A DNA stretch of 64,000 nucleotides, from NCBI GenBank assembly GCA_964016885.1, contig OZ024740.1:279868001-279932000 (forward strand), in the 5' to 3' direction. This document shows, one piece after another, positions 39,611 through 53,229 of this stretch; position 1 is the stretch's first letter; the number at the start of each line of letters is the position of its first letter. Under the pieces are notes generated by a model, which saw nothing but the letters and a program-made list of their open reading frames with translations, searched no databases and had not been told where the DNA came from. This DNA is from Eledone cirrhosa. Lineage: Eukaryota. Both the position numbers and the translations under genes were made by a program.

Positions 39611-42600
39611 GCCGGCCGCCTTTGGTCGGATCAATCTGTAATTACTGGTCCATGTGCAGACACACATTTGCTGTGTGTGGTGTGATTTTCACGAAACGTT
39701 GCCCATGCTAAATGCAGAAGCTGAAGTCCACCAGCGAATGGTGTGCTTCGAAGAAACGAATCACAAAAATGCGAATTTGCCGTCGGAGTTACCTTTTCGA
39801 TCGTGGGCCGGCCGCCTATGGTCGGATCGATCTGTAATTACTGGTCCATGTGCAGACACACATTTGCTGTGTGTGGTGTGATTTTCAAGAAAAGCTGCCC
39901 ATGCTAAATGCGGAAGCTGAAGTCTACCAGCGAATGGTGTGCTTCGAAGAAACGAATCACAAAAATGCGAATTTGCCAGCGGAGTTACCTTTTCGATCGT
40001 GGGCCGGCCGCCTGTGGTCTGATCGATCTGTAATTAGTGGTATATGTGCAGACACTCATTGGCTGTGTGTGGTGTGATTTTCAAGAAAGGCTGCCCATGC
40101 TAAATGCGGAAGCTGAAGTCCACCAGCGAATGGTGTGCTTCGAAGAAACGAATCACAAAAATGCGAATTTGCCGGCGGAGTTACCTTTTCGATCGTGGGC
40201 CGGCCGCCTGTGGTCGGATCGATCTGTAATTACTGGTATATGTGTAGACACTCATTGACTGTGTGTGGTGTGATTTTCAAGAATAACTGCCCATGCTAAA
40301 TGAGGAAGCTGAAGTCCAGCGTCGAATGGTGTGCTTCGAAGAAAACGAATCACAAAAATGACTATTTACCGGCGGAGTTACCTTTTCGATCGTGGGCCGG
40401 CCGCCTTTGGTCGGATCAATCTGTAATTACTGGTCCATGTGCAGACACACATTTGCTGTGTGTGGTGTGATTTTCACGAAACGTTGCCCATGCTAAATGC
40501 AGAAGCTGAAGTCCACCAGCGAATGGTGTGCTTCGAAGAAACGAATCACAAAAATGCGAATTTGCCGTCGGAGTTACCTTTTCGATCGTGGGCCGGCCGC
40601 CTATGGTCGGATCGATCTGTAATTACTGGTCCATGTGCAGACACACATTTGCTGTGTGTGGTGTGATTTTCAAGAAAAGCTGCCCATGCTAAATGCGGAA
40701 GCTGAAGTCTACCAGCGAATGGTGTGCTTCGAAGAAACGAATCACAAAAATGCGAATTTGCCAGCGGAGTTACCTTTTCGATCGTGGGCCGGCCGCCTGT
40801 GGTCTGATCGATCTGTAATTAGTGGTATATGTGCAGACACTCATTGGCTGTGTGTGGTGTGATTTTCAAGAAAGGCTGCCCATGCTAAATGCGGAAGCTG
40901 AAGTCCACCAGCGAATGGTGTGCTTCGAAGAAACGAATCACAAAAATGCGAATTTGCCGGCGGAGTTACCTTTTCGATCGTGGGCCGGCCGCCTGTGGTC
41001 GGATCGATCTGTAATTACTGGTATATGTGTAGACACTCATTGACTGTGTGTGGTGTGATTTTCAAGAAACGCTGCCCATGCTAAATGCGGAAGCTGAAGT
41101 CTACCAGCGAATGGTGTGCTTCGAAGAAACGAATCACAAAAATGCGAATTTGCCGGCGGAGTTACCTTTTCGATCGTGGGCCGGCCGCCCGTGGTCGGAT
41201 CGATCTGTAATTACTAGTACATGTGCAGACACTCATTGACTGTGTGTGGTGTGATTTTCAAGAAAAGCTGCCCATGCTAAATGAGGAAGCTGAAGTCCAC
41301 CAGCGAATGGTGTGCTTCGAAGAAACGAATCACAAAAATGCGAATTTGCCGGCGGAGTAAACTTTTCGATCCTGGCCGGCCGCCCGTGGTCGGATCGATT
41401 TGTAATTACTGGTACATGTGCAGACACACATTGCCTGTGTGTGGTGTGATTTTCAAGAAAGGTTGCCCATGCTAAATGCGGAAGCTGAAGTCCACCAGCG
41501 AATGGTGTGCTTCGAAGAAACGAATCACAAAAATGCGAATTTACCGGCGGAGTTACCTTTTCGAACGTGGGCCGGCCGCCTGTGGTCGGATCGATCTGTA
41601 ATTACTGGTATATGTACAGACACTCATTGACTGTGTGTGGTGTGATTTTCAAGAAACGCTGCCCATGCTAAATGCGGAAGCTGAAGTCTACCAGCGAATG
41701 GTGTGCTTCGAAGAAACGAATCACAAAAATGCGAATTTGCCAGCGGAGTTACCTTTTCGATCGTGGGCCGGCCGCCTGTGGTCGGATCGATCTGTAATTA
41801 GTGGTATATGTGCAGACACTCATTGGCTGTGTGTGGTGTGATTTTCAAGAAAAGCTGCCCATGCTAAATGCGGAAGCTGAAGTCCACCAGCGAATGGTGT
41901 GCTTCGAAGAAACGAATCACAAAAATGCGAATTTGCCGGCGGAGTTACCTTTTCGATCGTGGGCCGGCCGCCTGTGGTCGGATCGATCTGTAATTACTGG
42001 TATATGTGTAGACACTCATTGACTGTGTGTGGTGTGATTTTCAAGAAACGCTGCCCATGCTAAATGCGGAAGCTGAAGTCTACCAGCGAATGGTGTGCTT
42101 CGAAGAAACGAATCACAAAAATGCGAATTTGCCGGCGGAGTTACCTTTTCGATCGTGGGCCGGCCGCCTATAGTCAGATCGATCTGTAATTACTGGTCCA
42201 TGTGCAGACACAGATTTGCTGTGTGTGGTGTGATTTTCAAGAATAACTGCCCATGCTAAATGAGGAAGCTGAAGTCCAGCGTCGAATGGTGTGCTTCGAA
42301 GAAAACGAATCACAAAAATGACTATTTACCGGCGGAGTTACCTTTTCGATCGTGGGCCGGCCGCCTTTGGTCGGATCAATCTGTAATTACTGGTCCATGT
42401 GCAGACACACATTTGCTGTGTGTGGTGTGATTTTCACGAAACGTTGCCCATGCTAAATGCAGAAGCTGAAGTCCACCAGCGAATGGTGTGCTTCGAAGAA
42501 ACGAATCACAAAAATGCGAATTTGCCGTCGGAGTTACCTTTTCGATCGTGGGCCGGCCGCCTATGGTCGGATCGATCTGTAATTACTGGTCCATGTGCAG

Positions 42601-45600
42601 ACACACATTTGCTGTGTGTGGTGTGATTTTCAAGAAAAGCTGCCCATGCTAAATGCGGAAGCTGAAGTCTACCAGCGAATGGTGTGCTTCGAAGAAACGA
42701 ATCACAAAAATGCGAATTTGCCAGCGGAGTTACCTTTTCGATCGTGGGCCGGCCGCCTGTGGTCTGATCGATCTGTAATTAGTGGTATATGTGCAGACAC
42801 TCATTGGCTGTGTGTGGTGTGATTTTCAAGAAAGGCTGCCCATGCTAAATGCGGAAGCTGAAGTCCACCAGCGAATGGTGTGCTTCGAAGAAACGAATCA
42901 CAAAAATGCGAATTTGCCGGCGGAGTTACCTTTTCGATCGTGGGCCGGCCGCCTGTGGTCGGATCGATCTGTAATTACTGGTATATGTGTAGACACTCAT
43001 TGACTGTGTGTGGTGTGATTTTCAAGAAACGCTGCCCATGCTAAATGCGGAAGCTGAAGTCTACCAGCGAATGGTGTGCTTCGAAGAAACGAATCACAAA
43101 AATGCGAATTTGCCGGCGGAGTTACCTTTTCGATCGTGGGCCGGCCGCCCGTGGTCGGATCGATCTGTAATTACTGGTACATGTGCAGACACTCATTGAC
43201 TGTGTGTGGTGTGATTTATTTTCAAGAAAAGCTGCCCATGCTAAATGAGGAAGCTGAAGTCCACCAGCGAATGGTGTGCTTCGAAGAAACGAATCACAAA
43301 AATGCGAATTTGCCGGCGGAGTAAACTTTTCGATCCTGGCCGGCCGCCCGTGGTCGGATCGATTTGTAATTACTGGTACATGTGCAGACACACATTGCCT
43401 GTGTGTGGTGTGATTTTCAAGAAAGGTTGCCCATGCTAAATGCGGAAGCTGAAGTCCACCAGCGAATGGTGTGCTTCGAAGAAACGAATCACAAAAATGC
43501 GAATTTACCGGCGGAGTTACCTTTTCGAACGTGGGCCGGCCGCCTGTGGTCGGATCGATCTGTAATTACTGGTATATGTACAGACACTCATTGACTGTGT
43601 GTGGTGTGATTTTCAAGAAACGCTGCCCATGCTAAATGCGGAAGCTGAAGTCTACCAGCGAATGGTGTGCTTCGAAGAAACGAATCACAAAAATGCGAAT
43701 TTGCCAGCGGAGTTACCTTTTCGATCGTGGGCCGGCCGCCTGTGGTCGGATCGATCTGTAATTAGTGGTATATGTGCAGACACTCATTGGCTGTGTGTGG
43801 TGTGATTTTCAAGAAAAGCTGCCCATGCTAAATGCGGAAGCTGAAGTCCACCAGCGAATGGTGTGCTTCGAAGAAACGAATCACAAAAATGCGAATTTGC
43901 CGGCGGAGTTACCTTTTCGATCGTGGGCCGGCCGCCTGTGGTCGGATCGATCTGTAATTACTGGTATATGTGTAGACACTCATTGACTGTGTGTGGTGTG
44001 ATTTTCAAGAAACGCTGCCCATGCTAAATGCGGAAGCTGAAGTCTACCAGCGAATGGTGTGCTTCGAAGAAACGAATCACAAAAATGCGAATTTGCCGGC
44101 GGAGTTACCTTTTCGATCGTGGGCCGGCCGCCTATAGTCAGATCGATCTGTAATTACTGGTCCATGTGCAGACACAGATTTGCTGTGTGTGGTGTGATTT
44201 TCAAGAATAACTGCCCATGCTAAATGAGGAAGCTGAAGTCCAGCGTCGAATGGTGTGCTTCGAAGAAAACGAATCACAAAAATGACTATTTACCGGCGGA
44301 GTTACCTTTTCGATCGTGGGCCGGCCGCCTTTGGTCGGATCAATCTGTAATTACTGGTCCATGTGCAGACACACATTTGCTGTGTGTGGTGTGATTTTCA
44401 CGAAACGTTGCCCATGCTAAATGCAGAAGCTGAAGTCCACCAGCGAATGGTGTGCTTCGAAGAAACGAATCACAAAAATGCGAATTTGCCGTCGGAGTTA
44501 CCTTTTCGATCGTGGGCCGGCCGCCTATGGTCGGATCGATCTGTAATTACTGGTCCATGTGCAGACACACATTTGCTGTGTGTGGTGTGATTTTCAAGAA
44601 AAGCTGCCCATGCTAAATGCGGAAGCTGAAGTCTACCAGCGAATGGTGTGCTTCGAAGAAACGAATCACAAAAATGCGAATTTGCCAGCGGAGTTACCTT
44701 TTCGATCGTGGGCCGGCCGCCTGTGGTCTGATCGATCTGTAATTAGTGGTATATGTGCAGACACTCATTGGCTGTGTGTGGTGTGATTTTCAAGAAAGGC
44801 TGCCCATGCTAAATGCGGAAGCTGAAGTCCACCAGCGAATGGTGTGCTTCGAAGAAACGAATCACAAAAATGCGAATTTGCCGGCGGAGTTACCTTTTCG
44901 ATCGTGGGCCGGCCGCCTGTGGTCGGATCGATCTGTAATTACTGGTATATGTGTAGACACTCATTGACTGTGTGTGGTGTGATTTTCAAGAAACGCTGCC
45001 CATGCTAAATGCGGAAGCTGAAGTCTACCAGCGAATGGTGTGCTTCGAAGAAACGAATCACAAAAATGCGAATTTGCCGGCGGAGTTACCTTTTCGATCG
45101 TGGGCCGGCCGCCCGTGGTCGGATCGATCTGTAATTACTAGTACATGTGCAGACACTCATTGACTGTGTGTGGTGTGATTTTCAAGAAAAGCTGCCCATG
45201 CTAAATGAGGAAGCTGAAGTCCACCAGCGAATGGTGTGCTTCGAAGAAACGAATCACAAAAATGCGAATTTGCCGGCGGAGTAAACTTTTCGATCCTGGC
45301 CGGCCGCCCGTGGTCGGATCGATTTGTAATTACTGGTACATGTGCAGACACACATTGCCTGTGTGTGGTGTGATTTTCAAGAAAGGTTGCCCATGCTAAA
45401 TGCGGAAGCTGAAGTCCACCAGCGAATGGTGTGCTTCGAAGAAACGAATCACAAAAATGCGAATTTACCGGCGGAGTTACCTTTTCGAACGTGGGCCGGC
45501 CGCCTGTGGTCGGATCGATCTGTAATTACTGGTATATGTACAGACACTCATTGACTGTGTGTGGTGTGATTTTCAAGAAACGCTGCCCATGCTAAATGCG

Positions 45601-48600
45601 GAAGCTGAAGTCTACCAGCGAATGGTGTGCTTCGAAGAAACGAATCACAAAAATGCGAATTTGCCAGCGGAGTTACCTTTTCGATCGTGGGCCGGCCGCC
45701 TGTGGTCGGATCGATCTGTAATTAGTGGTATATGTGCAGACACTCATTGGCTGTGTGTGGTGTGATTTTCAAGAAAAGCTGCCCATGCTAAATGCGGAAG
45801 CTGAAGTCCACCAGCGAATGGTGTGCTTCGAAGAAACGAATCACAAAAATGCGAATTTGCCGGCGGAGTTACCTTTTCGATCGTGGGCCGGCCGCCTGTG
45901 GTCGGATCGATCTGTAATTACTGGTATATGTGTAGACACTCATTGACTGTGTGTGGTGTGATTTTCAAGAAACGCTGCCCATGCTAAATGCGGAAGCTGA
46001 AGTCTACCAGCGAATGGTGTGCTTCGAAGAAACGAATCACAAAAATGCGAATTTGCCGGCGGAGTTACCTTTTCGATCGTGGGCCGGCCGCCTATAGTCA
46101 GATCGATCTGTAATTACTGGTCCATGTGCAGACACAGATTTGCTGTGTGTGGTGTGATTTTCAAGAATAACTGCCCATGCTAAATGAGGAAGCTGAAGTC
46201 CAGCGTCGAATGGTGTGCTTCGAAGAAAACGAATCACAAAAATGACTATTTACCGGCGGAGTTACCTTTTCGATCGTGGGCCGGCCGCCTTTGGTCGGAT
46301 CAATCTGTAATTACTGGTCCATGTGCAGACACACATTTGCTGTGTGTGGTGTGATTTTCACGAAACGTTGCCCATGCTAAATGCAGAAGCTGAAGTCCAC
46401 CAGCGAATGGTGTGCTTCGAAGAAACGAATCACAAAAATGCGAATTTGCCGTCGGAGTTACCTTTTCGATCGTGGGCCGGCCGCCTATGGTCGGATCGAT
46501 CTGTAATTACTGGTCCATGTGCAGACACACATTTGCTGTGTGTGGTGTGATTTTCAAGAAAAGCTGCCCATGCTAAATGCGGAAGCTGAAGTCTACCAGC
46601 GAATGGTGTGCTTCGAAGAAACGAATCACAAAAATGCGAATTTGCCAGCGGAGTTACCTTTTCGATCGTGGGCCGGCCGCCTGTGGTCTGATCGATCTGT
46701 AATTAGTGGTATATGTGCAGACACTCATTGGCTGTGTGTGGTGTGATTTTCAAGAAAGGCTGCCCATGCTAAATGCGGAAGCTGAAGTCCACCAGCGAAT
46801 GGTGTGCTTCGAAGAAACGAATCACAAAAATGCGAATTTGCCGGCGGAGTTACCTTTTCGATCGTGGGCCGGCCGCCTGTGGTCGGATCGATCTGTAATT
46901 ACTGGTATATGTGTAGACACTCATTGACTGTGTGTGGTGTGATTTTCAAGAAACGCTGCCCATGCTAAATGCGGAAGCTGAAGTCTACCAGCGAATGGTG
47001 TGCTTCGAAGAAACGAATCACAAAAATGCGAATTTGCCGGCGGAGTTACCTTTTCGATCGTGGGCCGGCCGCCCGTGGTCGGATCGATCTGTAATTACTG
47101 GTACATGTGCAGACACTCATTGACTGTGTGTGGTGTGATTTATTTTCAAGAAAAGCTGCCCATGCTAAATGAGGAAGCTGAAGTCCACCAGCGAATGGTG
47201 TGCTTCGAAGAAACGAATCACAAAAATGCGAATTTGCCGGCGGAGTAACCTTTTCGATCCTGGCCGGCCGCCCGTGGTCGGATCGATTTGTAATTACTGG
47301 TACATGTGCAGACACACATTGCCTGTGTGTGGTGTGATTTTCAAGAAAGGTTGCCCATGCTAAATGCGGAAGCTGAAGTCCACCAGCGAATGGTGTGCTT
47401 CGAAGAAACGAATCACAAAAATGCGAATTTGCCGGCGGAGTTACCTTTTCGATCGTGGGCCGGCCGCCTATGGTCGGATCGATCTGTAATTACTGGTCCA
47501 TGTGCAGACACACATTTGCTGTGTGTGGTGTGATTTTCAAGAAAAGCTGCCCATGCTAAATGCGGAAGCTGAAGTCCACCAGCGAATGGTGTGCTTCGAA
47601 GAAACGAATCACAAAAATGCGAATTTGCCGGCGGAGTTACCTTTTCGAAAGTGGGCCGGCCGCCTGTGGTCGGATCGATCTGTACTTACTGGTATATGTG
47701 CAGACACTCATTGGCTGTGTGTGGTGTGATTTTCAAGAAAAGCTGCCCATGCTAAATGAGGAAGCTGAAGTCCACCAGCGAATGGTGTGCTTCGAAGAAA
47801 CGAATCACAAAAATGCGAATTTGCCGGCGGAGTTACCTTTTCGATCGTGGGCCGGCCGCCCGTGGTCGGATCGATCTGTAATTACTGGTATATGTGCAGA
47901 CACTCATTGGCTGTGTGTGGTGTGATGTTCAAGAAAAGCTGCCCATGCTAAATGCGGAAGCTGAAGTCCACCAGCGAATGGTGTGCTTCGAAGAAACGAA
48001 TCACAAAAATGCGAATTTGCCGGCGGAGTTACCTTTTCGATCGTGGGCCGGCCGCCTATAGTCAGATCGATCTGTAGTTAGTGGTCCATGTGCAGACACA
48101 GATTTGGTGTGTGTGGTGTGATTTTCAAGAAAAACTGCCCATGCTAAATGAGGAAGCTGAAGTCCGGCGGCGAATGGTGTGCTTCGAAGAAAACGAATCA
48201 CAAAAATGACTATTTACCGGCGGAGTTACCTTTTCGATCGTGGGCCGGCCGCCTTTGGTCGGATCAATCTGTAATTACTGGTCCATGTGCAGACACACAT
48301 TTGCTGTGTGTGGTGTGATTTTCACGAAACGTTGCCCATGCTAAATGCAGAAGCTGAAGTCCACCAGCGAATGGTGTGCTTCGAAGAAACGAATCACAAA
48401 AATGCGAATTTGCCGGCGGAGTTACCTTTTCGATCGTGGGCCGGCCGCCTGTGGTCGGATCGATCTGTAATTACTGGTCCATGTGCAGACACACATTTGC
48501 TGTGTGTGGTGTGATTTTCAAGAAAAGCTGCCCATGCTAAATGCGGAAGCTGAAGTCTACCAGCGAATGGTGTGCTTCGAAGAAACGAATCACAAAAATG

Positions 48601-51450
48601 CGAATTTGCCAGCGGAGTTACCTTTTCGATCGTGGGCCGGCCGCCTGTGGTCGGATCGATCTGTAATTAGTGGTATATGTGCAGACACTCATTGGCTGTG
48701 TGTGGTGTGATTTTCAAGAAACGCTGCCCATGCTAAATGCGGAAGCTGAAGTCTACCAGCGAATGGTGTGCTTCGAAGAAACGAATCACAAAAATGCGAA
48801 TTTGCCGGCGGAGTTACCTTTTCGATCGTGGGCCGGCCGCCTATAGTCAAATCGATCTGTAATTACTGGTCCATGTGCAGACACAGATTTGCTGTGTGTG
48901 GTGTGATTTTCAAGAATAACTGCCCATGCTAAATGAGGAAGCTGAAGTCCGGCGTCGAATGGTGTGCTTCGAAGAAAACGAATCACAAAAATGACTATTT
49001 ACCGGCGGAGTTACCTTTTCGATCGTGGGCCGGCCGCCTTTGGTCGGATCAATCTGTAATTACTGGTCCATGTGCAGACACACATTTGCTGTGTGTGGTG
49101 TGATTTTCACGAAACGTTGCCCATGCTAAATGCAGAAGCTGAAGTCCACCAGCGAATGGTGTGCTTCGAAGAAACGAATCACAAAAATGCGAATTTGCCG
49201 GCGGAGTTACCTTTTCGATCATGGGCCGGCCGCCTATGGTCGGATCGATCTGTAATTACTGGTCCATGTGCAGACACACATTTGCTGTGTGTGGTGTGAT
49301 TTTCAAGAAAAGCTGCCCATGCTAAATGCGGAAGCTGAAGTCTACCAGCGAATGGTGTGCTTCGAAGAAACGAATCACAAAAATGCGAATTTGCCAGCGG
49401 AGTTACCTTTTCGATCGTGGGCCGGCCGTCTGTGGTCGGATCGATCTGTAATTAGTGGTATATGTGCAGACACTCATTGGCTGTGTGTGGTGTGATTTTC
49501 AAGAAAAGCTGCCCATGCTAAATGCGGAAGCTGAAGTCCACCAGCGAATGGTGTGCTTCGAAGAAACGAATCACAAAAATGCGAATTTGCCGGCGGAGTT
49601 ACCTTTTCGATCGTGGGCCGGCCGCCTGTGGTCGGATCGATCTGTAATTACTGGTATATGTGTAGACACTCATTGACTGTGTGTGGTGTGATTTTCAAGA
49701 AACGCTGCCCATGCTAAATGCGGAAGCTGAAGTCTACCAGCGAATGGTGTGCTTCGAAGAAACGAATCACAAAAATGCGAATTTGCCGGCGGAGTTACCT
49801 TTTCGATCGTGGGCCGGCCGCCTATAGTCAGATCGATCTGTAATTACTGGTCCATGTGCAGACACAGATTTGCTGTGTGTGGTGTGATTTTCAAGAATAA
49901 CTGCCCATGCTAAATGAGGAAGCTGAAGTCCAGCGTCGAATGGTGTGCTTCGAAGAAAACGAATCACAAAAATGACTATTTACCGGCGGAGTTACCTTTT
50001 CGATCGTGGGCCGGCCGCCTTTGGTCGGATCAATCTGTAATTACTGGTCCATGTGCAGACACACATTTGCTGTGTGTGGTGTGATTTTCACGAAACGTTG
50101 CCCATGCTAAATGCAGAAGCTGAAGTCCACCAGCGAATGGTGTGCTTCGAAGAAACGAATCACAAAAATGCGAATTTGCCGTCGGAGTTACCTTTTCGAT
50201 CGTGGGCCGGCCACCTATGGTCGGATCGATCTGTAATTACTGGTCCATGTGCAGACACACATTTGCTGTGTGTGGTGTGATTTTCAAGAAAAGCTGCCCA
50301 TGCTAAATGCGGAAGCTGAAGTCTACCAGCGAATGGTGTGCTTCGAAGAAACGAATCACAAAAATGCGAATTTGCCAGCGGAGTTACCTTTTCGATCGTG
50401 GGCCGGCCGCCTGTGGTCTGATCGATCTGTAATTAGTGGTATATGTGCAGACACTCATTGGCTGTGTGTGGTGTGATTTTCAAGAAAGGCTGCCCATGCT
50501 AAATGCGGAAGCTGAAGTCCACCAGCGAATGGTGTGCTTCGAAGAAACGAATCACAAAAATGCGAATTTGCCGGCGGAGTTACCTTTTCGATCGTGGGCC
50601 GGCCGCCTGTGGTCGGATCGATCTGTAATTACTGGTATATGTGTAGACACTCATTGACTGTGTGTGGTGTGATTTTCAAGAATAACTGCCCATGCTAAAT
50701 GAGGAAGCTGAAGTCCAGCGTCGAATGGTGTGCTTCGAAGAAAACGAATCACAAAAATGACTATTTACCGGCGGAGTTACCTTTTCGATCGTGGGCCGGC
50801 CGCCTTTGGTCGGATCAATCTGTAATTACTGGTCCATGTGCAGACACACATTTGCTGTGTGTGGTGTGATTTTCACGAAACGTTGCCCATGCTAAATGCA
50901 GAAGCTGAAGTCCACCAGCGAATGGTGTGCTTCGAAGAAACGAATCACAAAAATTCGAATTTGCCGTCGGAGTTACCTTTTCGATCGTGGGCCGGCCGCC
51001 TATGGTCGGATCGATCTGTAATTACTGGTCCATGTGCAGACACACATTTGCTGTGTGTGGTGTGATTTTCAAGAAAAGCTGCCCATGCTAAATGCGGAAG
51101 CTGAAGTCTACCAGCGAATGGTGTGCTTCGAAGAAACGAATCACAAAAATGCGAATTTGCCAGCGGAGTTACCTTTTCGATCGTGGGCCGGCCGCCTGTG
51201 GTCTGATCGATCTGTAATTAGTGGTATATGTGCAGACACTCATTGGCTGTGTGTGGTGTGATTTTCAAGAAAGGCTGCCCATGCTAAATGCGGAAGCTGA
51301 AGTCCACCAGCGAATGGTGTGCTTCGAAGAAACGAATCACAAAAATGCGAATTTGCCGGCGGAGTTACCTTTTCGATCGTGGGCCGGCCGCCTGTGGTCG
51401 GATCGATCTGTAATTACTGGTATATGTGTAGACACTCATTGACTGTGTGT
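24800..51450. repeat. Domain rich in a 5-monomer higher-order repeat (981 bp), with a 4-monomer (785 bp) deletion derivative
   Basis: Steps of 981 bp: 25130/26111/27092, 25629/26610, 28378/29359/30340, 34657/35638, 37406/38387/39368, 48786/49767. Steps of 785 bp: 39654/40439 and 50053/50838. Confidence 0.85.
40280..47400. repeat. 10-monomer higher-order repeat alternating 1964/1960 bp, i.e. a 3924-bp 20-mer duplication
   Basis: Series 41418/43382/45342/47306 and 42113/44077/46037. The actagt variant recurs at ~41216/~45140 and the 4-bp insertion at 43214/47138, both at +3924. Confidence 0.88.
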
Positions 51451-51900
51451 GGTGTGATTTTCAAGAAACGCTGCCCATGCTAAATGCGGAAGCTGAAGTC
51501 TACCAGCGAATGGTGTGCTTCGAAGAAACGAATCACAAAAATGCGAATTTGCCGGCGGAGTTACCTTTTCGATCGTGGGCCGGCCGCCCGTGGTCGGATC
51601 GATCTGTAATTACTAGTACATGTGCAGACACTCATTGACTGTGTGTGGTGTGATTTTCAAGAAAAGCTGCCCATGCTAAATGAGGAAGCTGAAGTCCACC
51701 AGCGAATGGTGTGCTTCGAAGAAACGAATCACAAAAATGCGAATTTGCCGGCGGAGTAAACTTTTCGATCCTGGCCGGCCGCCCGTGGTCGGATCGATTT
51801 GTAATTACTGGTACATGTGCAGACACACATTGCCTGTGTGTGGTGTGATTTTCAAGAAAGGTTGCCCATGCTAAATGCGGAAGCTGAAGTCCACCAGCGA
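46930..51900. repeat. Copy of block ~36340-41500 at offset 10595 bp, changing to 10399 bp after loss of one monomer near 48700
   Basis: Offset +10595: 36405/47000, 37406/48001. Offset +10399: 38387/48786, 39654/50053, 41233/51632. Shared rare variants include gtagttag, gtcaaatc, atcatggg and ccgtctg. Confidence 0.87.
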
Positions 51901-53229
51901 ATGGTGTGCTTCGAAGAAACGAATCACAAAAATGCGAATTTGCCGGCGGAGTTACCTTTTCGATCGTGGGCCGGCCGCCTATGGTCGGATCGATCTGTAA
52001 TTACTGGTCCATGTGCAGACACACATTTGCTGTGTGTGGTGTGATTTTCAAGAAAAGCTGCCCATGCTAAATGCGGAAGCTGAAGTCCACCAGCGAATGG
52101 TGTGCTTCGAAGAAACGAATCACAAAAATGCGAATTTGCCGGCGGAGTTACCTTTTCGATCGTGGGCCGGCCGCCTGTGGTCGGATCGATCTGTAATTAC
52201 TGGTCCATGTGCAGAGACACATTTGCTGTGTGTGGTGTGATTTTCACGAAACGTTGCCCATGCTAAATGAGGAAGCTGAAGTCCACCAGCGAATGGTGTG
52301 CTTCGAAGAAACGAATCACAAAAATGCGAATTTGCCGGCGGAGTTACCTTTTCGATCGTGGGCCGGCCGCCTGTGGTCGGATCGATCTGTAATTACTGGT
52401 ATATGTGCAGACACTCATTGACTGTGTGTGGTGTGATTTTCAAGAAACGCTGCCCATGCTAAATGCGGAAGCTGAAGTCTACCAGCGAATGGTGTGCTTC
52501 GAAGAAACGAATCACAAAAATGCGAATTTGCCGGCGGAGTTACCTTTTCGATCGTGGGCCGGCCGCCTGTGGTCGGATCGATCTGTAATTACTGGTATCT
52601 GTGTAGACACTCATTGACTGTGTGTGGTGTGATTTTCAAGAAACGCTGCCCATGCTAAATGCGGAAGCTGAAGTCTACCAGCGAATGGTGTGCTTCGAAG
52701 AAACGAATCACAAAAATGCGAATTTGCCGGCGGAGTTACCTTTTCGAACGTGGGCCGGCCGCCCGGGGTCGGATCGATCTGTAATTACTGGTACATGTGC
52801 AGACACTCATTGGCTGTGTGTGGTGTGATTTTCAAGAAAAGCTGCCCATGCTAAATGAGGAAGCTGAAGTCCACCAGCGAATGGTGTGCTTCGAAGAAAC
52901 GAATCACAAAAATGCGAATTTGCCGGCGGAGTAACCTTTTCGATCCTGGCCGGCCGCCCGTGGTCGGATCGATTTGTAATTACTGGTACATGTGCAGACA
53001 CACATTGCCTGTGTGTGGTGTGATTTTCAAGAAAGGTTGCCCATGCTAAATGCGGAAGCTGAAGTCCACCAGCGAATGGTGTGCTTCGAAGAAACGAATC
53101 ACAAAAATGCGAATTTGCCGGCGGAGTTACCTTTTCGATCGTGGGCCGGCCGCCTATGGTCGGATCGATCTGTAATTACTGGTCCATGTGCAGACACACA
53201 TTTGCTGTGTGTGGTGTGATTTTCAAGAA

